Assembly (NCBI GenBank): GCA_964402565.1
Contig: CAYOCJ010000001.1
Coordinates: forward strand, 288,079-352,078
DNA length: 64,000 nt
Reading direction: 5' to 3'
From: an uncultured Gammaproteobacteria bacterium
GTDB taxonomy: Bacteria; Patescibacteriota; Patescibacteriia; UBA1558; 2-01-FULL-52-15
In this document: positions 10,483-20,445 of the stretch, one piece after another
Position numbering within the stretch: position 1 is the first letter of the stretch
How the letters are laid out: the number at the start of each line of letters is the position of its first letter
The notes under the pieces: generated by a model
Database searches by the model: none
What the model saw: only the letters and a program-made list of their open reading frames with translations
Told to the model about the DNA's origin: nothing
Made by a program: the position numbers and the translations under genes

Positions 10483-10494
10483 TATACTTATCCT

Positions 10495-10782
10495 ATGTCA
10501 GAATTATCACATGAAATGGCCGGTATTGTGGAAGGTGCAGCACTCGTAGAGCTGGCTGATAGCGGTGCTGTGCATGGAGTATTTACTGACCTTGCGCAAG
10601 CCACAGGCGCGCATGGCGTAGAGTTTGCGCCGAATGCAGTCGAGGGCGTTTCTCACATTGCTGAAAATCTTGTTGATACGGCACAGGGCTTAGTATTGCC
10701 AGTGGCTACGGTTTTGCTCATGTATGCAGGTTTGAAAAAAATGTTCGAAGGCGTAACCGGCACGCAGAGGAGGAGAGGATGA
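10495..10782 (+). CDS. Hypothetical protein with a C-terminal TM segment
   Basis: 95 aa ORF, TATACT 6 nt before the ATG, ATGA overlap with the next ORF. Confidence 0.6.
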   Translation: MSELSHEMAGIVEGAALVELADSGAVHGVFTDLAQATGAHGVEFAPNAVEGVSHIAENLVDTAQGLVLPVATVLLMYAGLKKMFEGVTGTQRRRG

Positions 10783-11021
10783 GTACTGCGACCGCTGCCG
10801 CCATCGAGGAGCGCGATATTGAATTGCTCGATAAGATCGAGGCATCGATAGAGTCAGGATTGGATGAGACAAAAGCAATTGCCTTATTTGCTTCTTTTAC
10901 CAAAGACGAATATGACCGAATGATCGGGCTCTTTCGGAGCGAGCTCGAGAGCGGTCTGGATGATGATACGAAGGATAAGCTGCTTATGGTTTTGGAAAAA
11001 TTGCGGGATGTAAAAAAGTAA
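10779..11021 (+). CDS. Hypothetical small acidic protein
   Basis: 80 aa, coupled to the previous ORF, internal repeat ESGLDETK/ESGLDDDTK. Confidence 0.6.
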   Translation: MSTATAAAIEERDIELLDKIEASIESGLDETKAIALFASFTKDEYDRMIGLFRSELESGLDDDTKDKLLMVLEKLRDVKK

Positions 11022-11142
11022 TTTTTTGACACACTGATCCGTATGACCCGGATGTTTGGCGCTACACTTTTTTTGAGACATGACGTAAGCTTAGGGTAGT
11101 TAGTACTGTGTGTTCTTTCATCTAACAGAGGAGGGAACGGCG

Positions 11143-11430
11143 ATGCAAAGGGTTTCGACGGTTCCTCGGTGTGAAGGAAAGCAGTGCAAGCGCACGAGAA
11201 CGAAGTTCACTGGCATTGCGTCGGTGGAATGGAAGGGGGAGAAGTATCTGCTCCTCCAATCGATCTGTCCGCTCTGTAAGCGATACTACGTCACAGGATT
11301 TACGCTGCAGTTCCTGAATGATGCGGCAGAGGTCGTGACTGACACAGAATTCGAGTTCCTTACAGAAGAGGACAAGCCCACAACCGAGATACAGCTCGAC
11401 CCCTCAGACGCCGGGATGACGATCAATTAG
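11143..11430 (+). CDS. Small putative zinc-ribbon protein (accessory unit)
   Basis: SD GAGGAGG before the ATG; CEGKQC and CPLC cysteine pairs; acidic tail. Confidence 0.65.
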   Translation: MQRVSTVPRCEGKQCKRTRTKFTGIASVEWKGEKYLLLQSICPLCKRYYVTGFTLQFLNDAAEVVTDTEFEFLTEEDKPTTEIQLDPSDAGMTIN

Positions 11431-11448
11431 GAGGACCCTCAGTAGGAT

Positions 11449-11482
11449 GAGGCTATTCGGCAACGAATGGCCTCAGTTTTTT
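11449..11482 (+). terminator. Intrinsic terminator
   Basis: GAGGCTATTCG-gcaa-CGAATGGCCTC followed by a T run. Confidence 0.75.
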
Positions 11483-11519
11483 AAAGTATTGAGTTGGAAA
11501 GCTTTTGTGAATTTGAAAG

Positions 11520-11568
11520 AAAAAAAAGAGGCCTCGCGCGTCCGCTGGTGCGGATGATGCGCGAGGCC
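11520..11568 (-). terminator. Intrinsic terminator of the ygiB/ygiC-like unit
   Basis: GGCCTCGCGC...GCGCGAGGCC stem next to an A8 run (U tract on the minus strand). Confidence 0.75.
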
Positions 11569-11581
11569 GTCCTGATCGGAT

Positions 11582-12727
11582 TTACTCGAACAGGTGAGGA
11601 ACGAACGAGGAACCGTTGTCCGTGACGAGTCCATCGGACTCACGGATGCCCATGCCGGCGGATTCGCCGTCGATCACCCATGAACCGATCACGGGCCACT
11701 TGCCGTCAATATTCGGGATCGACGCCAGGGCTTGGAAGACATAGCCTTCCTCGCCATAGCCGTCATCCTTGCTGCTCGTCGAGACGAAGTTCTGAACGAC
11801 CGTGATATTGGCGCCTTCTCGTGAGAGGAGGGGCTTTTTCACGTAGTCGGTGAGTCCGTTCGGCGAACCGAAGTAGGTCGGCAGCAAGTTCGGGTGGTCG
11901 GGATAGAGCTCCCAGAGGATAGGCAGGATCGCCTTGTTCGACCAGAGCATCTTCCAGGCCGGTTCGAGCCACTGCATCTTGTCGTGACTCGCGACCAGCC
12001 GGTCGGCGAATTGCTCGTGGATCAGCCATTCCCAGGGATAGAGCTTGAAGACCGAGGTCATGACATTCTCGTCGATGTCGACGAAGCGTCGCTGTTTCTT
12101 GTCCCAGCCGATGTCCTTCATGAGAATGCCTATGCCCTCGACGCCTGCCTCCTGCGCGGTGTCGCGTAGGTAGGTGACAGTCATCGTGTCTTCGGTCGCG
12201 TCATCGTCGACGTGAGCGAAGTAGACAGGACTGCCGGTCAGGTAGTCGCGGAGTTCCTTCCACTTGGCGACGAGCCGTTCGTGAATCGAGTTGAACTGAT
12301 CTGAGCTCTTGAAGCGATCCTTGAGCCAGTACCACTGGATCACCGCCGCTTCCAAGAGGCTCGTCGGGGTGTCCGCGTTGTACTCCAGCATCTTCGGAGG
12401 ATTCAAGCCGTCATAGGCGAGATCGAAGCGGCCGTAGATGGCCGGCGGCTCGGATTCCCAGGTGCTCTTGATGAGCGGTACAGCATGCGCCGGAATTCCC
12501 ATCCTCGCGAAGAGGTTCTGATCGATAATGTGCTGACCTGCGGCCAGGCACATCGCTTGGAGGTCGTTCGTCGCTTTCTCGAGCGCGTCGATCTGACGAG
12601 CATTGAACTCGTAGTAGGCGGCTTCGTTCCAGTAGGGACGCCCGTCAGCGTGTGTGTGATACGTGAGGCCGTATTGCTCGACCTCGGCTTGCCAATTCCT
12701 GCGCGGAGTGATGAGTTTGCGCTTCAT
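11582..12727 (-). CDS. Glutathionylspermidine synthase family ATP-grasp protein (YgiC-like)
   Basis: YWNEAAYY, YGRFDLAY, KMLEYNADTPTSLLEAA, KLYPWEW, KKPLLSREGANI, GIRES. Confidence 0.93.
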   Translation of the reverse strand: MKRKLITPRRNWQAEVEQYGLTYHTHADGRPYWNEAAYYEFNARQIDALEKATNDLQAMCLAAGQHIIDQNLFARMGIPAHAVPLIKSTWESEPPAIYGRFDLAYDGLNPPKMLEYNADTPTSLLEAAVIQWYWLKDRFKSSDQFNSIHERLVAKWKELRDYLTGSPVYFAHVDDDATEDTMTVTYLRDTAQEAGVEGIGILMKDIGWDKKQRRFVDIDENVMTSVFKLYPWEWLIHEQFADRLVASHDKMQWLEPAWKMLWSNKAILPILWELYPDHPNLLPTYFGSPNGLTDYVKKPLLSREGANITVVQNFVSTSSKDDGYGEEGYVFQALASIPNIDGKWPVIGSWVIDGESAGMGIRESDGLVTDNGSSFVPHLFE

Positions 12728-12730
12728 GGC

Positions 12731-13078
12731 TTAGCTCGAGACCGAGTGACCGGAACCGATGCTGCCGAAGCCGCCGCGTGAAATGGTCGATGAGACATGC
12801 GGCGCCTCGAACGATCCGCCCGCGACATGCGAACCAGGAGCGTAGATGCCGGGCTTGGTCCCAGCGCGGGACATGTAGTACCAGTGGTAGAACGGGGTAT
12901 AGCCCGATCTGGCTTGCTGGTCCTTCTCGTCGTCCTCGCACTTCTTGCCGTCCACGACGACCTGATCTTTATCGACGCAAACCTTGTCGGTCTGGGCGAC
13001 CCCGCAAGCCGTGACGGCCAATGCCATCGCGGTCACGAGTGTGACTCGGACGTTTTTTGACTTGCGCTGACGTTTCAA
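12731..13078 (-). CDS. YgiB-like lipoprotein
   Basis: TTG start after SD GAAGGAGG; lipobox VTAC; C-terminal SRGGFG motif; upstream of the YgiC-like gene. Confidence 0.8.
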   Translation of the reverse strand: MKRQRKSKNVRVTLVTAMALAVTACGVAQTDKVCVDKDQVVVDGKKCEDDEKDQQARSGYTPFYHWYYMSRAGTKPGIYAPGSHVAGGSFEAPHVSSTISRGGFGSIGSGHSVSS

Positions 13079-13231
13079 TCCGCTTTCCTCCTTCAGAATG
13101 AAAACCCTCGAAGGGTTTTCGCTTATAGTTTCCTCGTTTGAGACGAGCTGTCTAGAAGTCTGCAGAGAGTTTTTTGAGAGACTTCCACACAGCTCGTCTC
13201 ACCTTTAAAAGTACTTTTTATACAATTATAT

Positions 13232-13260
13232 ATAATAGGATATATATGGCATTTTGTCAA
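13232..13260 (-). promoter_or_regulatory. Sigma70 promoter TTGACA-17-TATTAT
   Basis: -35 at 13255-13260, -10 at 13232-13237. Confidence 0.7.
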
Positions 13261-13398
13261 GTTTCTAAAAGAAATCGTTTTACTAAAAATGTCTTGTAAA
13301 AGTCCTATTTTTTTGCTATACTGGAATAGTAACTTTTTAGCTTATTTTAGCTTAAAAAATGGCTAAAATGAGCGTCTGAAATTCCATTATTTTTTTAG

Positions 13399-15453
<2,055 letters not shown>

Positions 15454-15458
15454 ACTAC

Positions 15459-15806
15459 ATGCCCGTTATCATCACCTTTTTACTATTGCTGCCAGTCGCC
15501 TACTATCTTGCAGTGACTGGCAAGAGTTCAGTCGCATCGCTATTGCCGTGGAGCCAGGCATTGCGATCTATCATCGCCGGCAATATGCTGGTCGCCAATA
15601 GCATAGCAACGGCAGTGTCGTGCATCGGTCTGATAGCATCTGGCGCAAGCGTTTTGTTCGTACGAGGCAAGACCTTGGTCGTTGGCAGTAAAAAAACCTT
15701 GATTGTCTTCAGTGCACTTTTCTTGGTATGTAGCATAGTGCTGATCATGCGCTTATTCCACCTTGCTGAGCCGTATTTAGTTGCATTCGCACACAGGAAA
15801 CATTAG
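15459..15806 (+). CDS. Hypothetical membrane protein
   Basis: 115 aa hydrophobic ORF directly after gyrB. Confidence 0.6.
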   Translation: MPVIITFLLLLPVAYYLAVTGKSSVASLLPWSQALRSIIAGNMLVANSIATAVSCIGLIASGASVLFVRGKTLVVGSKKTLIVFSALFLVCSIVLIMRLFHLAEPYLVAFAHRKH

Positions 15807-15910
15807 CGTTGCCTAAAGCGTTTTTTTCTGATATAGTAGCTATGTTAATGGCCTTTCGAGGCCGTTTTAAAATACTTTAAGCCATATAGTGGCTAACGTT
15901 AGATAAAAAA

Positions 15911-16096
15911 ATGAACAAATTATTTACCTATTTGAAGGAATCACGCGCTGAACTCGGCAAAGTGGTTTGGCCATCTCGTAAGGAAGCCCGGGATCACACG
16001 GTACTCGTTATCGTGGTATCGGTTGGCGTGGCGCTGTTCCTCGGTGCGATCGACTATCTGCTGGAGCAGGGCGTTGTTAACTTTATCGTAAAATAA
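15911..16096 (+). CDS. secE: Preprotein translocase subunit SecE
   Basis: ELGKVVWPSRKE motif, one TM helix, upstream of nusG. Confidence 0.96.
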   Translation: MNKLFTYLKESRAELGKVVWPSRKEARDHTVLVIVVSVGVALFLGAIDYLLEQGVVNFIVK

Positions 16097-16103
16097 AAAA
16101 ACT

Positions 16104-16649
16104 ATGCCGAAGCAAAGTCAACAACTCGGGCGCCGCTGGTATGTGATACATACCTATTCAGGCTATGAAGAAAATGTAGCGCGCAACCTGAAACAGCGCA
16201 TCGAATCTATGGATATGGAAGATAAGATTTTTGACGTCCTGATTCCTACCGAAACGAAGATCAAGATCAAAAACGGCAAGCGCCGCACGGTCCGCGAGAA
16301 AATCTTTCCGGGGTATGTGCTGGTCAGCATGATCGTGACCGACGCGTCATGGTATGTGGTGCGCAATACGCCGAATGTCACTGGCTTCATCGGATCTGGA
16401 ACGACCCCGACGCCGGTCTCCGAAGAAGAGATCTCAGCATTGCGCCAGCGCATGGGCGTTGAGGAGCCGGAGTATAAGATCGATGTGAGTGAAGGCACTG
16501 CGGTGAAGATCGTCGATGGACCATTCAAGAATTATGAAGGAAAAGTTGCTTCGGTTGATTCATCGCGCGGTAAGGTCAAAGTACTGGTGTCGATGTTCGG
16601 ACGTGAAACCCCTGTTGAGTTAGATTTCTTACAAATTAAGAAAGTTTAA
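16104..16649 (+). CDS. nusG: Transcription factor NusG
   Basis: [21 protein letters not shown] domain, [10 protein letters not shown]. Confidence 0.98.
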   Translation: MPKQSQQLGRRWYVIHTYSGYEENVARNLKQRIESMDMEDKIFDVLIPTETKIKIKNGKRRTVREKIFPGYVLVSMIVTDASWYVVRNTPNVTGFIGSGTTPTPVSEEEISALRQRMGVEEPEYKIDVSEGTAVKIVDGPFKNYEGKVASVDSSRGKVKVLVSMFGRETPVELDFLQIKKV

Positions 16650-16687
16650 TAATTCTTGCGCGCCTCTCGCGAGAGAATCATTATCAT

Positions 16688-17113
16688 ATGGCAAAAGCAG
16701 TTAAAGCATTAGTCAAATTACAGTTACCCGGAGGGGGAGCGACTCCTGCGCCGCCAGTTGGAACAGCTCTTGGACCCCATGGCGTCAATATCCAGCAATT
16801 TGTCACGCAGTTCAACGACGCGACAAAGGATAAACGGGGCGATGTGATCCCGATCGTTCTGACGATCTATGAAGATCGTACGTTCGATTTCATCATGAAA
16901 ACACCGCCGGCTTCAGAACTTCTGAAGAAAGCCGCCGGGATCGCGAAAGGTTCAGGCAAGCCGTTACAGGAAAAGGTAGGCAGCGTGACTCGTGAACAAG
17001 TTCGAAAAATTGCTGAAGTGAAAATGCCTGACCTCAATGCCCATGACATCGAAGCGGCAATGAAGATCATCGAAGGCACTGCCCGTCAGATGGGCTTGAC
17101 CGTCAAAGGTTAG
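16688..17113 (+). CDS. rplK: 50S ribosomal protein L11
   Basis: [25 protein letters not shown]. Confidence 0.98.
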   Translation: MAKAVKALVKLQLPGGGATPAPPVGTALGPHGVNIQQFVTQFNDATKDKRGDVIPIVLTIYEDRTFDFIMKTPPASELLKKAAGIAKGSGKPLQEKVGSVTREQVRKIAEVKMPDLNAHDIEAAMKIIEGTARQMGLTVKG

Positions 17114-17127
17114 ATCAATTAATAGAC

Positions 17128-17159
17128 GTGGGACCCGCCCTGGGCGGGGTTTGCACCAC
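17128..17159 (+). promoter_or_regulatory. Probable L1-binding leader hairpin between rplK and rplA
   Basis: GTGGGA-CCCGCCCTGGGCGGG-GTTTGC-ACCAC resembles the L1 autoregulatory site. Confidence 0.55.
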
Positions 17160-17172
17160 AAAACGAACTACT

Positions 17173-17856
17173 ATGAATGTAAGCAAGCGTTTGAAGGAGG
17201 CACGGGGTAAGATAGACCCGAAAAAGACCTATGAATTGGGCGAAGCAGTGAATTTGGTCAAAGACACAGCGAAGGTTAAATTCGACGCGAGCGTCGAGCT
17301 ACATGTGAACCTTGGCATCGACGCGAAGAAAAGCGACCAGATGGTGCGTTCAGTCGTCTCATTGCCGCATGGCACTGGCAAGGAAGTGCGTGTCGCAGCC
17401 TTTGTATCTGAAGACGATGTGCCCAAAGCAAAAGCTGCAGGAGCTTCGATCGCTGGCAGCACTGATCTGATCGAAGAGATCAAGAAAACCGGTAAATGCG
17501 ATTTCGATGTAGCTGTGGCAACGCCGGATATGATGAAGAACTTAGCTGCAGTGGCGCGTATTCTCGGTCAGAAAGGCTTGATGCCTAATCCGAAGACCGG
17601 GACCATCGCTCCTGATGTCACGAAACTTATCAAGGAACTCAAGACCGGCAAGGTTTCATTTAAAAATGATGCGAGCGGTGTGATCCACGTCGCTGTCGGG
17701 AAATCTTCATTTCCTCAAGAGCATTTGTCCGCGAATATCCAGATGATCATGGAAGCTATCCATAAAGCAAAGCCGCAGGGCATGAAAGGAAATCTCATCA
17801 AAAGCGTGTATTTGGCAAGCTCGATGGGCCCGAGCGTGAAAGTCGCATTATCGTAA
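17173..17856 (+). CDS. rplA: 50S ribosomal protein L1
   Basis: KFDASVE, LPHGTGK, GLMPNPKTG, SSMGPS; start at MNVSKR. Confidence 0.98.
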   Translation: MNVSKRLKEARGKIDPKKTYELGEAVNLVKDTAKVKFDASVELHVNLGIDAKKSDQMVRSVVSLPHGTGKEVRVAAFVSEDDVPKAKAAGASIAGSTDLIEEIKKTGKCDFDVAVATPDMMKNLAAVARILGQKGLMPNPKTGTIAPDVTKLIKELKTGKVSFKNDASGVIHVAVGKSSFPQEHLSANIQMIMEAIHKAKPQGMKGNLIKSVYLASSMGPSVKVALS

Positions 17857-17876
17857 CCTGATATTTCAGAAGATTT

Positions 17877-17915
17877 AAAACCCGCCCTCCAGCTTTGCTG
17901 GAGGGCGGGTTTGTT
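17877..17915 (+). terminator. Intrinsic terminator after rplA
   Basis: AAACCCGCCCTCCAGC-ttt-GCTGGAGGGCGGGTTT. Confidence 0.85.
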
Positions 17916-17973
17916 TATAAAAGCAAAGACCCCTGCAACATGCATGTACATGCGGCAGGGGTCCGGTTTCAGC

Positions 17974-18609
17974 TCAGAAAGGGATTTCGAGTTCCTCGCC
18001 CAGGAATTTCCGGGCGAGAAGGGCGTCTTCGAAGAGGTGTGCAGCAAACCCGTAGTCGCGGGCAGCCGCGACATTCTCAGGGCGGTCATCGATGAAGATC
18101 GCGTCATGCGGGAGAACGCCGAGGCGTTCGAGCGCGATGTCGTAGATCTGGCGTTCGGGCTTGATGAAGCCCACGTCGCAGGAGTACACAACTTCGTCGA
18201 ACGGCTCGTGGATGCCGAACCCTTCGACCACCTTGACCGACGCCGAATCGATGTTCGAGATGATGCCGGTTTTGTATCCCATGCTCTTCAGGCGCCGCAC
18301 GGTGCCGATCATTATCGGGTTTGGTTCGTTCAAGCCCTGGCTGGCCCAGCGGATGGGACTCGTTTCCTCGTGACCTCGCGCAGGGAGCTGGGCATCGATC
18401 TTGCCGCAGACGATCCGCCAGAAACGCTCTTCCGAAATGGTGCCGCGTTGCAAGTCTTGGACATGACCGCGTTCGAGATCGTCGAACTCTTCGACGGTAA
18501 CGCCGATTTCGTCTGCGAGACGCTTTTGCATCTCAGGCCAGATGTCTTTCAGCAGTACGCCGCCGATGTCGAAGATGACCGCGGTCCTACGCCTCTTCGG
18601 TTCCGTCAT
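17974..18609 (-). CDS. HAD family phosphatase (YihX-like)
   Basis: AVIFDIGGVL, ISN, KP, IFIDDRPENV; likely start ATG at 18609 (SD GGAGG, ATGA overlap with the upstream gene). Confidence 0.9.
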   Translation of the reverse strand: MTEPKRRRTAVIFDIGGVLLKDIWPEMQKRLADEIGVTVEEFDDLERGHVQDLQRGTISEERFWRIVCGKIDAQLPARGHEETSPIRWASQGLNEPNPIMIGTVRRLKSMGYKTGIISNIDSASVKVVEGFGIHEPFDEVVYSCDVGFIKPERQIYDIALERLGVLPHDAIFIDDRPENVAAARDYGFAAHLFEDALLARKFLGEELEIPF

Positions 18610-18830
18610 GAAGCCTCCGCAGATGAAAGGGGTTTTGCAGACTGGAATGCTCTCGAGCCGCAGTGTTTGCACCTTCTGCATTCGCTGCAGAAATCCATGG
18701 TTTTGTTGCAGGTCTTGCAACCCGTCCGATAGATCGTTCTTCGCAACGTGCCGTTGCAGAAACTGCACTTCGACATCTTGAAGTGCAACCGCGGACCGTC
18801 TCGTCCAGGTATCTTCAGAATCGACTTCAT
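18606..18830 (-). CDS. Small Cys-rich protein with four CxxC pairs
   Basis: SD AAAGGAGG; CSFC, CKTC, CSEC, CKHC; stop overlaps the HAD start. Confidence 0.7.
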   Translation of the reverse strand: MKSILKIPGRDGPRLHFKMSKCSFCNGTLRRTIYRTGCKTCNKTMDFCSECRRCKHCGSRAFQSAKPLSSAEAS

Positions 18831-18884
18831 GCCTGCCTCCTTTTTTGAGCTTGTATTGATGTGAAAAAGGACAGATATCTGACA

Positions 18885-18913
18885 AGACTAAGTATTTTTA
18901 TAAAACTTGTCAA
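18885..18913 (-). promoter_or_regulatory. Sigma70 promoter TTGACA-17-TAGTCT
   Basis: -35 at 18908-18913, -10 at 18885-18890. Confidence 0.7.
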
Positions 18914-18978
18914 TAAGCACTAAAATTGGCCTAATAGTTCATTGCATGACTGTGGCAGTTTTGATAGTATGAAGACCT

Positions 18979-19473
18979 ATGAACACATCCACAAAACATG
19001 CTCGTCCGACATGGGACGAGTACTTTAATCAGATCAAAGAAATAGTCGCGAGCCGCGGGACATGCGACCGGGGATATAGCGGTTGCGTCATTGTGCGCGA
19101 CAAACATATTCTCACCACCGGCTATGTCGGCTCGCCTCCGGGTTTGCCGCATTGTGATGAGGCCGGGCATCTGATGATGAAGGTTCTGGACGAAAAAGGT
19201 GAACCGCATCAGCATTGCATTCGCACGACGCATGCTGAATCGAATGCGATAGCTCAGGCTGCGCGCTTCGGCGTTTCGCTTGCCGGTGCGACGGTGTATT
19301 GCAAAATGGAACCATGCCAGGCATGCGCGAAAATGATCATCGCCACCGGTATTGTCCGGGTCGTTGCAGAAAAACGTTATCACGGAGCCGGTATGACGCG
19401 CGATATGTTCAAGGAAGCCGGCATCAAGCTCGACGTGCTGAATGATGAACTTCAGAAATACGAGAACCAGTAA
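18979..19473 (+). CDS. dCMP deaminase (ComEB family)
   Basis: RPTWDEYF, HAESNAI, PCQACAK. Confidence 0.93.
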   Translation: MNTSTKHARPTWDEYFNQIKEIVASRGTCDRGYSGCVIVRDKHILTTGYVGSPPGLPHCDEAGHLMMKVLDEKGEPHQHCIRTTHAESNAIAQAARFGVSLAGATVYCKMEPCQACAKMIIATGIVRVVAEKRYHGAGMTRDMFKEAGIKLDVLNDELQKYENQ

Positions 19474-19474
19474 T

Positions 19475-20026
19475 ATGCCGAAAGTCATCATCGGAGTCGT
19501 AGGCAAGATGGCCTCAGGTAAGGGCACCATCGCTTCATATTTGAAAGAGAATTACAAGGCTGCTGATTTTCGTTTTTCGACGATACTTCGCTCGCTCCTT
19601 GATCGCCTGCATAAGCCGCACACACGCGAATACTTGCAGGATATTTCGACCGCGTTACGGGGTGTTTTCGGCGAAGACTTACTCGCAGAAGTTATGGCAT
19701 CTGACGTCATGGCATCGCAGTCGCCTGTCGTTGTCGTTGAAGGCATCAGGCGCCCTGCAGACATCGCCCATCTACAACAGGTTCCTGGTTTTATGCTTAT
19801 CGCTGTAGATGCGCCCGAAGAAGTGCGCTATTCGCGCTATGTAGAACGCGCTGAGAATCCTGGCGATGCAGAGATGACGATTGAACGATGGCGCGAGCGC
19901 TCCCAAGCTGAAACTGAGCTTCTGATCCCTGAAGTGATGAAGAGCGCGGAGGTCATTTGGGACAATGGAGGCTCAAAAGATGATCTGTATGTACAGATAG
20001 ATAGATTTATGAAAAAGCATGCTTAG
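19475..20026 (+). CDS. P-loop nucleoside monophosphate kinase-like protein
   Basis: GKMASGKGT Walker A, VVVEGIRR; sits in the nucleotide operon. Confidence 0.8.
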   Translation: MPKVIIGVVGKMASGKGTIASYLKENYKAADFRFSTILRSLLDRLHKPHTREYLQDISTALRGVFGEDLLAEVMASDVMASQSPVVVVEGIRRPADIAHLQQVPGFMLIAVDAPEEVRYSRYVERAENPGDAEMTIERWRERSQAETELLIPEVMKSAEVIWDNGGSKDDLYVQIDRFMKKHA

Positions 20027-20444
20027 CGTAAAGGTAAAAAGATTGAATCCTGACGCGCGCCTCCCGTATTATGACCATCCAGGCGACGCGGGGCTTGCTA
20101 TGCATGCGCTCGAAGGAAAAACGCTGCATCCTGGTGAACGGTTCGTTTTTAATTGCGGGTGGGCGCTTGAATTTCCTGAAGGATATGTTGCGGTCGTCTG
20201 GGACCGCGGGAGTGTCGGTGTGATGAAGGGTTTGAAGACTATGGGCGGAGTCTTTGATGCGAACTACCGTGGCGAATATAATGTGTGCCTGGTAAATCTT
20301 TCGAATGAACTATATGAAGTGAAGCCTGGTGATAAGGTAGCGCAGCTGGTTATCGTGCCTATCGCTCAGGCTGCATTTGAGGAAGTAAGCGAGTTAAGCG
20401 ATTCAAGCAGAGGCAGTGACCGGTTCGGTTCAACGGGGAGATAG
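20019..20444 (+). CDS. dut: dUTP diphosphatase
   Basis: GDAG, DRGS, GVFDANYRGE, GDKVAQL, RGSDRFGSTG. Confidence 0.95.
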   Translation: MLSVKVKRLNPDARLPYYDHPGDAGLAMHALEGKTLHPGERFVFNCGWALEFPEGYVAVVWDRGSVGVMKGLKTMGGVFDANYRGEYNVCLVNLSNELYEVKPGDKVAQLVIVPIAQAAFEEVSELSDSSRGSDRFGSTGR

Positions 20445-20445
20445 T

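Noticed and set aside
17911-18732. 273-aa plus-strand ORF
   Set aside because: Antisense to the HAD phosphatase and Cys-rich genes; starts in a terminator region; no recognisable motifs.
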